In this document: positions 56,700-64,000 of the stretch, in pieces
How the letters are laid out: every line of letters begins with the position of its first letter
Numbering within the stretch: position 1 is the first letter of the stretch
NCBI GenBank assembly: GCA_964593365.1
Contig: CAZQGQ010000002.1
Span: 21,671-85,670, forward strand
DNA length: 64,000 nucleotides
Origin: an uncultured Candidatus Saccharibacteria bacterium
GTDB lineage: Bacteria; Patescibacteriota; Minisyncoccia; Phycocordibacterales; Phycocordibacteraceae
Reading direction: 5' to 3'
The notes under the pieces: model-generated
What the model saw: the letters and a program-made list of their open reading frames with translations, nothing else
The model's database searches: none
What the model was told of the DNA's origin: nothing
Program-made: the position numbers and the translations under genes

Positions 56700-57377
56700 C
56701 TAGTCTTTTGTCAATCTTTTGGGAGCTGCAATCAGGAGATGCTCAAGAATGGGTTTCAAGGGAGCCGAGCGCTCATGGAGTATTGGAACGAAAGCATTTA
56801 AGTCTTGCAAGAATGCAATAGAATCATCCGTTCGTTTTGTTTCGTACGTCGCTCTCACCAGTTCTTGTACAAATGAAAGCGCTTCGATGCGCGCAGCCTG
56901 CTTCTCTTCTGGTTCGTTCTTCTTTGCGCGAGCGAGTATCTTCTCGATAATTTTCTCGCGCCCTACCTGCGTCGCATTCAGGAACTCCTCCCCCTTAAGC
57001 GGGGCCTCACTCCCCTCTTCAGGGAGTGCAAGCAGTCGCGAGCGAAGTGTCGTGATGATCGCACCTTCTGACGGAACAACGAGTATGAGATAGGTTCCTA
57101 GAGGAGGTTCTTCAAAGGTTTTCAAAAGAGCGTTCTGCGCTTCGTGAAAAAGGCGCTTGGCACCAATGACGATGAGCTTCTTATCGCCTCGAAGCGGCAT
57201 CCGATTCGCACTATCGATAATGGCTCGAGCATCATCGACCGAAAACAAGTCATATCGAAACGTAATGACGTCCGGATTCCCTACAGGATCCAGTGAAAGC
57301 TCGCTTGCAGCGAATGCGTGCGCTTTGGCTATTCCCTCTTCGCCGTCTCCCGCAATGAAATAGGCATGGTGTGCCAT
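56700..57377 (-). CDS. holB: DNA polymerase III delta'-like subunit
   Basis: HHAY, NPD, EAQNALLKTFEEP, TLRSR. Confidence 0.8.
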   Translation of the reverse strand: MAHHAYFIAGDGEEGIAKAHAFAASELSLDPVGNPDVITFRYDLFSVDDARAIIDSANRMPLRGDKKLIVIGAKRLFHEAQNALLKTFEEPPLGTYLILVVPSEGAIITTLRSRLLALPEEGSEAPLKGEEFLNATQVGREKIIEKILARAKKNEPEEKQAARIEALSFVQELVRATYETKRTDDSIAFLQDLNAFVPILHERSAPLKPILEHLLIAAPKRLTKD

Positions 57378-57379
57378 TG

Positions 57380-58393
57380 TTATTTTTTGGAAAGAATACT
57401 CTTCTTGTAGGTATCAAGGTGCTTGAGGGCAATGCCGGTTCCTCGCGCAACGCAGAAATAGGCTTCCTGCGCGAGTCGCGCACGAACGCCTGTGCGCCTA
57501 AACACAAGTTCCGGCATGTTGCGAAGCTGCGAGGTACCGCCGGTCAAGATGATGCCGTTATCAATAATGTCTGACGCAAGCTCGGGAGGAGTTTCCTGAA
57601 GCACCTTGCGAACCGCATTCATCATGTCGCGGAGCTCGCGGTTAGTTGCCTGCACGATCTCGTTTGATTTCAGTTCGATGGTGCGCGGAAGACCAGACAC
57701 CATGTCTCGTCCTTTGACCGGCATCGAAAGCTCTTCGCTCATGGGAACTGCCGAGCCGATAGTTATCTTTACTTCTTCTGCAGTCTTATCACCTATTGAA
57801 AGATTGAACTGCTTTTTGACGTGGTCGATGATAGCCCGATCAAGCGCGTTTCCAGCCACCTTGACCGAAGTTGAAGCGACGATGCCGCCAAGGGAGATCA
57901 CGGCGACGTCGATGGTGCCTCCTCCCATATCAGCGACCATCCGTCCTGACGGCTCATGAATCGGGATACCAGCACCAATGGCAGCGAGGATTGGCTCCTT
58001 AACGACAAAGGCATCAGCCGCACCTGCCTTCATCGCAGCTTCGATCACTGCGCGCTTTTCAGTTGACGTCACGCCTGCGGGAACGGAAACGAGAACGGTT
58101 GGCTTGAACACATTCCACTTGCCAAGCGCCTTGCGGAAAAAATAACGGAGCATCGCTTCGGTGACGCGGTAATCGGCGATCACGCCGTCTTTCATAGGGC
58201 GATACGCAGTAATGGAATCAGGAGTGCGGCCGATCATTTTCTTAGCCTCGACTCCGATAGCGACTACCTTGTTGTTTTCTGTTGAGACGGCGACCACTGA
58301 CGGCTCGTTGAGGACGATACCCTTCCCCGGCAGAAAGACCAGCACATTGGTCGTACCAAGGTCGATACCGAGTTTGGGAGAGAAAAATGCCAT
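57380..58393 (-). CDS. mreB: MreB/Mbl paralog (copy 2)
   Basis: GIDLGTTN, EPSVVA, PMKDGVIAD, DMGGGT, TPPEL. Confidence 0.93.
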   Translation of the reverse strand: MAFFSPKLGIDLGTTNVLVFLPGKGIVLNEPSVVAVSTENNKVVAIGVEAKKMIGRTPDSITAYRPMKDGVIADYRVTEAMLRYFFRKALGKWNVFKPTVLVSVPAGVTSTEKRAVIEAAMKAGAADAFVVKEPILAAIGAGIPIHEPSGRMVADMGGGTIDVAVISLGGIVASTSVKVAGNALDRAIIDHVKKQFNLSIGDKTAEEVKITIGSAVPMSEELSMPVKGRDMVSGLPRTIELKSNEIVQATNRELRDMMNAVRKVLQETPPELASDIIDNGIILTGGTSQLRNMPELVFRRTGVRARLAQEAYFCVARGTGIALKHLDTYKKSILSKK

Positions 58394-58489
58394 AACGTCC
58401 CTGCATGATACCGCGAGAGGCGGAAAGCCTCAAAATGTATAAAAGAAAGGTATTTCTTGAAAAGCTTCCCTTGCGCTACAATTCGGCAA

Positions 58490-59794
58490 ATGAACGCTGA
58501 ATCGAGCTTTGTTATTAACGGCGGGAAGAAGCTCTCCGGCACTATACGCACGAACCGCTCCAAAAACGGGGCGGTCGCTCTCCTTGCCGCTTCCCTCCTT
58601 AATAAAGGAACAACGACGCTTCGTAATGTCCCGAAGATCGAAGAAGTGAATCGGCTTATCGAAGTGCTCCGTTCGATCGACGTTGCAGTTGAATGGAAGG
58701 ATCATGATGTGGTCATTACTCCGCCAGAAACGCTCTCGCTTGATAACCTAGACCGAAAGGCCGCAGAGCGAACCAGAAGCATCCTCATGTTCATCGGGCC
58801 GCTTCTCCATCACTTCGAATCGTTCTATCTTCCTCAGTCTGGCGGCTGCACCTTGGGCCTTCGAAGCGTACGCCCGCATCTCTGGGCGCTTGAGCGCTTC
58901 GGCGTCTCGATCGAAGCCCTTTCTGATCGCTTCAATATTTCTCGCGGGGAGCTTAAGGCGACCGAGATCGTCTTGTACGAATCAAGCGACACGGCAACCA
59001 TCAACACGCTCCTCGTTGCTGCCGGCATCCCGGACCGCACGATCATTAAGTACGCCTCCGCCAACTACCAGGTGCAGGAAGTATGCGGCTACCTGCAAAG
59101 CTTGGGCGTTGCCGTCCACGGCATAGGCACTACGACCCTTACCGTGCTCGGAAAGACCGATATCCGCACCGATGTCGACTACTCAGTTGCCGAAGACCCT
59201 ACAGACGCCATGTTCTTCATCGCCGCAGCAGCAGCGACAAAATCGAAGCTCCGAATCGAGCGCGTGCCTATTGATTTCCTTGAAGTCGAGCTTGCGGTGC
59301 TTGAAAAGATGGGACTTGCCTTCTCCATCACGCCAGCGCCAACGTCAGAGAACGGCATCACGCGACTCGTTGACCTTGAGATTCTTCCGTCTGAACTCTC
59401 TGCCTTTCCAGAAAAGATTCACGCGCGTCCATACCCTGGACTTAATATCGACAACCTTCCCTTCTTCGCAGTCATCGCGGCCGTCGCAAATGGCACGACG
59501 ATGATCCATGACTGGGTGTACGAGAAACGCGCCATCTACTACACCGAGCTTGATCGGCTTGGCGGGGAGACACTCCTTCTTGATCCGCACCGCATCCAGA
59601 TCACCGGTCCCCGACACCTTCGAGGAGCCGAGGTGACCGCCCCGCCGGCGCTCCGCCCTGCCACCATCCTTCTTATCGGCATGCTTGCCGCAGAGGGCCG
59701 TTCTGTCCTTAAAAACGTCTATACCATCCACCGCGGCTACGAGAACCTGGCTGAGCGCCTGAAGAGCATAGGGGCCGACGTCGAGGCCAGTTAG
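58490..59794 (+). CDS. murA: UDP-GlcNAc 1-carboxyvinyltransferase
   Basis: SKN, GGC.LG.R, PYPG...D, I.RGYE. Confidence 0.93.
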   Translation: MNAESSFVINGGKKLSGTIRTNRSKNGAVALLAASLLNKGTTTLRNVPKIEEVNRLIEVLRSIDVAVEWKDHDVVITPPETLSLDNLDRKAAERTRSILMFIGPLLHHFESFYLPQSGGCTLGLRSVRPHLWALERFGVSIEALSDRFNISRGELKATEIVLYESSDTATINTLLVAAGIPDRTIIKYASANYQVQEVCGYLQSLGVAVHGIGTTTLTVLGKTDIRTDVDYSVAEDPTDAMFFIAAAAATKSKLRIERVPIDFLEVELAVLEKMGLAFSITPAPTSENGITRLVDLEILPSELSAFPEKIHARPYPGLNIDNLPFFAVIAAVANGTTMIHDWVYEKRAIYYTELDRLGGETLLLDPHRIQITGPRHLRGAEVTAPPALRPATILLIGMLAAEGRSVLKNVYTIHRGYENLAERLKSIGADVEAS

Positions 59795-59836
59795 CCCCTT
59801 CAGCTCTTTTTTGGTAGGCTAGACCCTAAGCACCCC

Positions 59837-60625
59837 ATGAAAAAAGTCGTCTCACTTCTCAAAACACATTGGTTTTTCTTTAGCTTTCTTGGGCTCATTG
59901 CGCTCATTGCAATCCTCTACACCGTTGGGCTTCGCGTTGGTCCAGGTCCTTCCATCGTTCGCGTTGGTACACTTCTCATCTCTGACGTTCCCGAGCAGAC
60001 AGAGGTGTATGTAGATGACACGCGCCGAGCGGCAGTGGTTGGCGGAGTCGCGCGCATCGCACTTTCTCCAGGTCCTCATACCGTCATCATTGCAGCGCCA
60101 GAAGCTCAGCCATGGAGCGAGCTCGTGTTGATCGAATCTGGCGAATCGTTTGAAGTCTCTCCCATCCTTGCACCAACAAGCATCCACGGAGAAAAGCTCG
60201 CGGGCGCTGATGCAGAAGCAGCACGCAAGGCAATCCTCGCCTACAAGCTTCCACTGAAAGCAGGACCCCTTTCTCTTGCAAGCGGCTGCGCTCTTGTCTA
60301 TACCGCCCAGAACCGAATCGTTGCGGAAGCGACAACGACCGAGACCTGCACGACACCTCCTGACTACCTCTGCATTGGCGAAGGGTGCGCAACGACCGTT
60401 ATCTTCCCGCCAACAGGCACACTCCGCTCCGTCTCCCCGCTTCCTGGCCGAGACGATGCCCTTCTGGTGTCTTCCGGGAACATGGTCTACGTGCTCGAGC
60501 TTGATCCCCGAGACCCGCGCTTCTTTGCTCCTCTCTATAAAGGAATCGCTCCGATTGGCATTCCAGGTACAGACGGCAAGATACTCGTTCAAGACGGCAA
60601 ACTCTTCTATCAGCTCTCTCTATGA
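59837..60625 (+). CDS. Membrane-anchored PEGA-like domain protein
   Basis: N-terminal TM, G.L.I...P....VYVD, L.PG.H. Confidence 0.65.
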   Translation: MKKVVSLLKTHWFFFSFLGLIALIAILYTVGLRVGPGPSIVRVGTLLISDVPEQTEVYVDDTRRAAVVGGVARIALSPGPHTVIIAAPEAQPWSELVLIESGESFEVSPILAPTSIHGEKLAGADAEAARKAILAYKLPLKAGPLSLASGCALVYTAQNRIVAEATTTETCTTPPDYLCIGEGCATTVIFPPTGTLRSVSPLPGRDDALLVSSGNMVYVLELDPRDPRFFAPLYKGIAPIGIPGTDGKILVQDGKLFYQLSL

Positions 60626-60903
60626 AGCACATCGGTGACCTCGTTTCGCGCATCACTAATGAGAAGACGCGCAAAACAGAGCGAGGCGAACTGATGCGCT
60701 ATTTCATCACGCGCTTGAACGCGTCGCGCGCTAAGGACGGACTTCCCCTCCTTTCGATGGCGCGTCTTGGACGGATTCTCCAGGGTATCCCGACCAAAGA
60801 TTTGTATTACCTCCAAAGCGTCTGCAATCAGTCCAAACATTTTAGTAAGAAGTTCTGGTGGGAGATCGATCCGAAGAAGCACGTCACAGAAAATCCTTTT
60901 TAG
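60622..60903 (+). CDS. Small basic hypothetical protein
   Basis: 93 aa, ATGA-coupled to the upstream gene. Confidence 0.7.
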   Translation: MKHIGDLVSRITNEKTRKTERGELMRYFITRLNASRAKDGLPLLSMARLGRILQGIPTKDLYYLQSVCNQSKHFSKKFWWEIDPKKHVTENPF

Positions 60904-60940
60904 TTCTTGACCTTCCATGCGCGAAAGGTATGCTCTTGCA

Positions 60941-61174
60941 TAAGTCAGGGATCGTTTCGCAGCCTCCCTGGCCCAACCGGTGCGGGGCGGCCTACGTGAT
61001 TTCGCCGCCTCGCACCCCCCTTGTTCCCGGAATACTGTTTTAGCGATGTTGAGCGGCGTGCCTCGCACGCATGTTTATTGCTCCGTCGCGCCCTTCGTCC
61101 TCTCCCGCTGGCTCAGGCTACGAGGATGAAGGAAGAGCTGGCCGGTTGCTTACTTCAAGCGCCGGCCAGTTTTC
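60941..61174 (+). ncRNA. Candidate multi-hairpin ncRNA (~235 nt)
   Basis: TTGACC-16-TATGCT promoter, four stems, then terminator CTGGCCGG...CCGGCCAG-TTTTCT. Confidence 0.6.
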
Positions 61175-61189
61175 TGTTATAGTCTTGCC

Positions 61190-61717
61190 ATGTCTATCGT
61201 CCAGGAAGGAGACCCAGTACTCCGCGAGATCGCTAAACCCTTTTCCAAGGAGGAGTTTGGCTCCAAAGAGCTCACGTCACTCATCAAAAAGATGACCGAT
61301 TTGCTCGATGTCGAGCAAAACGACTATTCAGTCGGGGTAGCGCTTGCCGCTCCCCAGATCGGGGTTTCGAAGCGCCTGTTCGTTGTCCGCTATGACCGCA
61401 CTAATCGCAAGACACGAACAGCAGGCTCAGCGCCTGACCTAGGCGTATTCATAAACCCGAAGATCATCCGCAGTTCACGCAAGCGCGTCATCATGGACGA
61501 AGGCTGCCTTTCGGTCCGCGACCTCTATGGATATGTGCCTCGTTTTGAGCGCGCCACCGTAGAGGCGTATGACGAATCTGGGAAGAAGTTCACGAGAGGT
61601 GCTGGAGGGCTCCTTGCACAAATCTTCCAGCACGAGATAGATCACCTAGACGGCATTCTGTTTATTGACCAGGCAACTGATTGCTGGCGACATGGTCCCC
61701 CTTCCGATGAACAGTAA
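61190..61717 (+). CDS. def: Peptide deformylase
   Basis: GVALAAPQIG, EGCLS, QHEIDHLDG. Confidence 0.96.
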   Translation: MSIVQEGDPVLREIAKPFSKEEFGSKELTSLIKKMTDLLDVEQNDYSVGVALAAPQIGVSKRLFVVRYDRTNRKTRTAGSAPDLGVFINPKIIRSSRKRVIMDEGCLSVRDLYGYVPRFERATVEAYDESGKKFTRGAGGLLAQIFQHEIDHLDGILFIDQATDCWRHGPPSDEQ

Positions 61718-62555
61718 CTCATTCATTTACTTTGGAACGCCCTATGTGGCGAGCGATACGCTTTCCGTACTGATCGAACGCGGGTTTGTGCCTCTAGCAG
61801 TAGTAACTTCGCCTGACGCGCGCCAAGGCCGCGGCCTCTCGTATGCGCCTTCGTCAACTAAGGTAGTAGCAGAGGAAAACAAGATTCCCGTCTTAACGCC
61901 GGAGCGGCTTGATAGCGAAGTGCTTGAACAGATCCGCTCCTATGGAGCTTCCTATGCGATCGTGGTTGCTTACGGAAAGATACTTCCTCGCGCGATTATC
62001 GAATCCTTCCCGCTTGGAGTGCTCAACATCCATTATTCCCTTCTCCCAAAGTATCGAGGTGCTTCCCCTGTCGAGTCAGCGCTTCTCAATAACGAGACGG
62101 TCACCGGTGTCTCGATACAGAAAATGGTGTATGAGCTTGATGCAGGAGATCTGATTGCAATGAAGGAAGTGGCGATCGAGCCTACTGAGACTACTCGGGA
62201 ACTTCGCCCGAGACTTGTCCAGATCGGAGCAGAACTCCTTGCAGATACCCTTCCCGCTTTTCTAGAAGGTACGCTTCCAGCTACCCCTCAAGACGCTGGT
62301 GAGGCCACGACCTGCGGACGCATTGAGAAGTCTGAAGGCGAGCTTTCCTTGCAGGACGACCCTCAGAAGAATTGGAATAAGTACCGAGCGTATGCAGAGT
62401 CTCCTGGGACCTACTTTTTCATGGAAAAAAACGGCAAGAAACTACGGGTGAAGATAAAGACCGCGACGTTTACGAACGGGATGTTTACTCCTGAGCGTAT
62501 CGTTCCTGAAGGAAAGAAAGAGACGGGATATAAAGAATTCTCTGAAGGCGCTTAG
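61707..62555 (+). CDS. fmt: Methionyl-tRNA formyltransferase
   Basis: FGTP, VVT.PD...GRG, NIH.SLLPKYRGASP, LDAGD. Confidence 0.95.
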   Translation: MNSNSFIYFGTPYVASDTLSVLIERGFVPLAVVTSPDARQGRGLSYAPSSTKVVAEENKIPVLTPERLDSEVLEQIRSYGASYAIVVAYGKILPRAIIESFPLGVLNIHYSLLPKYRGASPVESALLNNETVTGVSIQKMVYELDAGDLIAMKEVAIEPTETTRELRPRLVQIGAELLADTLPAFLEGTLPATPQDAGEATTCGRIEKSEGELSLQDDPQKNWNKYRAYAESPGTYFFMEKNGKKLRVKIKTATFTNGMFTPERIVPEGKKETGYKEFSEGA

Positions 62556-62773
62556 GTGTCGATATCGAAGATCTTTCTCGGCGAGCGGTGTCCTGAGATA
62601 AGCTTGATCTTCGTAATCGGGATACGAAACTCCCAGGCAAGGAGCGAGCGGACGCGATCATTTGCCTGGTTTCGCGCGGCCGGTTCTTTGACCGAAATGG
62701 AATAGGTCTTTTCATCAGTCTGGATGAGAGACTCTTTCTTGGCGGAGGGCTGTACCTGGACGCGTACGTACAT
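62552..62773 (-). CDS. DUF167 (YggU) family protein
   Basis: V.V.P.AK, V.EPA....AN, I.LISGH.S..K. Confidence 0.85.
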   Translation of the reverse strand: MYVRVQVQPSAKKESLIQTDEKTYSISVKEPAARNQANDRVRSLLAWEFRIPITKIKLISGHRSPRKIFDIDT

Positions 62774-62855
62774 GGCTTGGGCGCGAAGTATACCATTTGC
62801 CCATTCGACGAATTCGGCTAGAATGCCCATACGCCCTTCGTTGGGCGCGTTACAT

Positions 62856-62927
62856 TCCGCGGTAGCTCAGTGGTAGAGCGGTCGACTGTTAATCGATTGG
62901 TCGTAGGTTCGAATCCTACCCGCGGAG
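62856..62927 (+). tRNA. tRNA-Asn(GTT)
   Basis: TCCGCGG...CCGCGGA-G cloverleaf, anticodon GTT; CCA not encoded. Confidence 0.95.
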
Positions 62928-62966
62928 CAGATAGCATTACACGGTATTTCTTGGAATACTGTAAGT

Positions 62967-63146
62967 ATGAAAACGAAAGCTAAACTACACATGGTTGCAG
63001 GTGTATTTCTTGTCGGAGTACTTATATTCCTTGGAGTCACCTGGTGGGTAAACGGTCGTGACGATACATGGCTCTACGCAGTTTGTGGGTTAATCGTTCT
63101 GACATCCTTTATTCCACTGTTGCCTAAGAAAGACGAAAAGAAGTAG
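62967..63146 (+). CDS. Small two-TM membrane protein (59 aa, below the ORF-track cutoff)
   Basis: MKTKAKLHMVAGVFLVGVLIFLGVTWWVNGRDDTWLYAVCGLIVLTSFIPLLPKKDEKK. Confidence 0.7.
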   Translation: MKTKAKLHMVAGVFLVGVLIFLGVTWWVNGRDDTWLYAVCGLIVLTSFIPLLPKKDEKK

Positions 63147-63148
63147 TG

Positions 63149-63568
63149 TTACTTATTCCTCTTCTTCATCTCCACCACGGACTTCTTGATGATCTGCTTG
63201 AGAACTTTCATATCCACATCTTCTAGCTTGTTGATATACAGACATCCTACGCTCGTTTTGTGCTTACCTAACTTCTTCAGAAGCGTCTTTTGATCAGCAA
63301 ATCCTGACATGACGTAGAGCGTCAGGTTCTGCTTGCGTGGAGAAAATCCAGTAAGAGGCCAGTACCCTTCCTGCGCGCTTTTGGTCGACTTGTAGTGATA
63401 GGAGCCGAACCCAATGATGCTTGCACCCCACATCTTAGGCTTTTCTTTAGTCACTTCCTTAAAGAGTTTTAGGAGAGCAGTAGCATCCTTCCTCTTCTGA
63501 GGGTTAGGCACTGTTTGAATAAAAGCCGTGACGCTCGCCTTGGTAAGTTGTGTCTTCAGTTCTGCCAT
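63149..63568 (-). CDS. DUF1801 (YdhG-like) protein
   Basis: MWG.SIIGFG.YHY, GFSPRK..LTLY, LGKHK....CLYI.KL. Confidence 0.9.
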   Translation of the reverse strand: MAELKTQLTKASVTAFIQTVPNPQKRKDATALLKLFKEVTKEKPKMWGASIIGFGSYHYKSTKSAQEGYWPLTGFSPRKQNLTLYVMSGFADQKTLLKKLGKHKTSVGCLYINKLEDVDMKVLKQIIKKSVVEMKKRNK

Positions 63569-63595
63569 ACGTATATCTTATAACAAAAGACTTGG

Positions 63596-63994
63596 TTACT
63601 TAGCACGCTTTTCGTGTTGAATATGCTCAACGCCAAGTCCTCTTTCTTGGAGCGAGGGGGTAAGCATAGTAAGGCGGTGACAGGACCGATAGTCCCCTTC
63701 AGAACACATGACGCTTACCTTCTTTCCGCTCTTCACGAGCTGCACCACCTCGTCTATGGTTTCCTCGTACGCGGTGTTAACTCCCCTGCCTCCAAGGCTG
63801 GAGCCTCTTCCCAGATAGCTGATTCCCTTCTTGGGAAGTTTCTCACTAAGGCTACGTTCGTTAAACCACGGGCAAAAGCGAGAACGCGGGAAGGTGCGCA
63901 CATCAACGAGTGTGTCTATTCCCTTCTCTTCAAGCTTCTGAAGAAATTCAGACAAAGACTTGTTGCTGTGCCCAATCGTATAGATAGTATCCAT
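63596..63994 (-). CDS. DUF488 family protein
   Basis: IYTIGHS, LVDVR..P.SR, LGG, MCSE.....CHR. Confidence 0.88.
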   Translation of the reverse strand: MDTIYTIGHSNKSLSEFLQKLEEKGIDTLVDVRTFPRSRFCPWFNERSLSEKLPKKGISYLGRGSSLGGRGVNTAYEETIDEVVQLVKSGKKVSVMCSEGDYRSCHRLTMLTPSLQERGLGVEHIQHEKRAK

Positions 63995-64000
63995 TCCTAC

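Noticed and set aside
47577-58393. Two mreB genes as a novelty
   Set aside because: MreB/Mbl paralogs are common; both look intact and ordinary.
61071-61295. 74-aa ORF overlapping def
   Set aside because: Crosses a terminator and overlaps def out of frame; no coding signature.

Overview
Compact, housekeeping-rich chromosomal window. Gene content and style suggest a Patescibacteria/CPR, Parcubacteria-like genome (inference from minimal aaRS forms, two mreB copies, an mraZ-rsmH-ftsL-ftsI-murF block and mostly SD-less starts). It carries translation genes (trpS 3' end, aspS, gltX, cysS, lysS, proS, frr, def-fmt, rpmA, rplI, rplU, tRNA-Glu, tRNA-Asn), cell-wall/division genes (mraY-ftsW-murG, murA, murF, ftsI, mrdA-mreD-mreC-mreB) and DNA genes (scpA/B, dnaB, recR, rmuC, holB-like). 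The accessory region at about 12.6-24.8 kb holds the most interesting signals. (1) An orphan tRNA-Gln-like 3' fragment is followed by six 28-bp direct repeats that resemble it, one in each intergenic gap between single-gene cassettes, with the two distal copies most decayed. This looks like an integron-like, tRNA-att-based cassette array with no attC sites and no integrase in view. (2) A palindromic dif-like site lies where gene orientation switches, and a second dif-like site brackets an AT-rich three-gene module containing a HEPN-like protein. (3) At least five promoter + structured RNA + terminator units match no RNA family I recognise. Other notable items are a LysRS-DUF2000 fusion, a 1129-aa RNase R-like protein and pervasive leaderless gene starts. 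All calls were made by eye; no searches were run.
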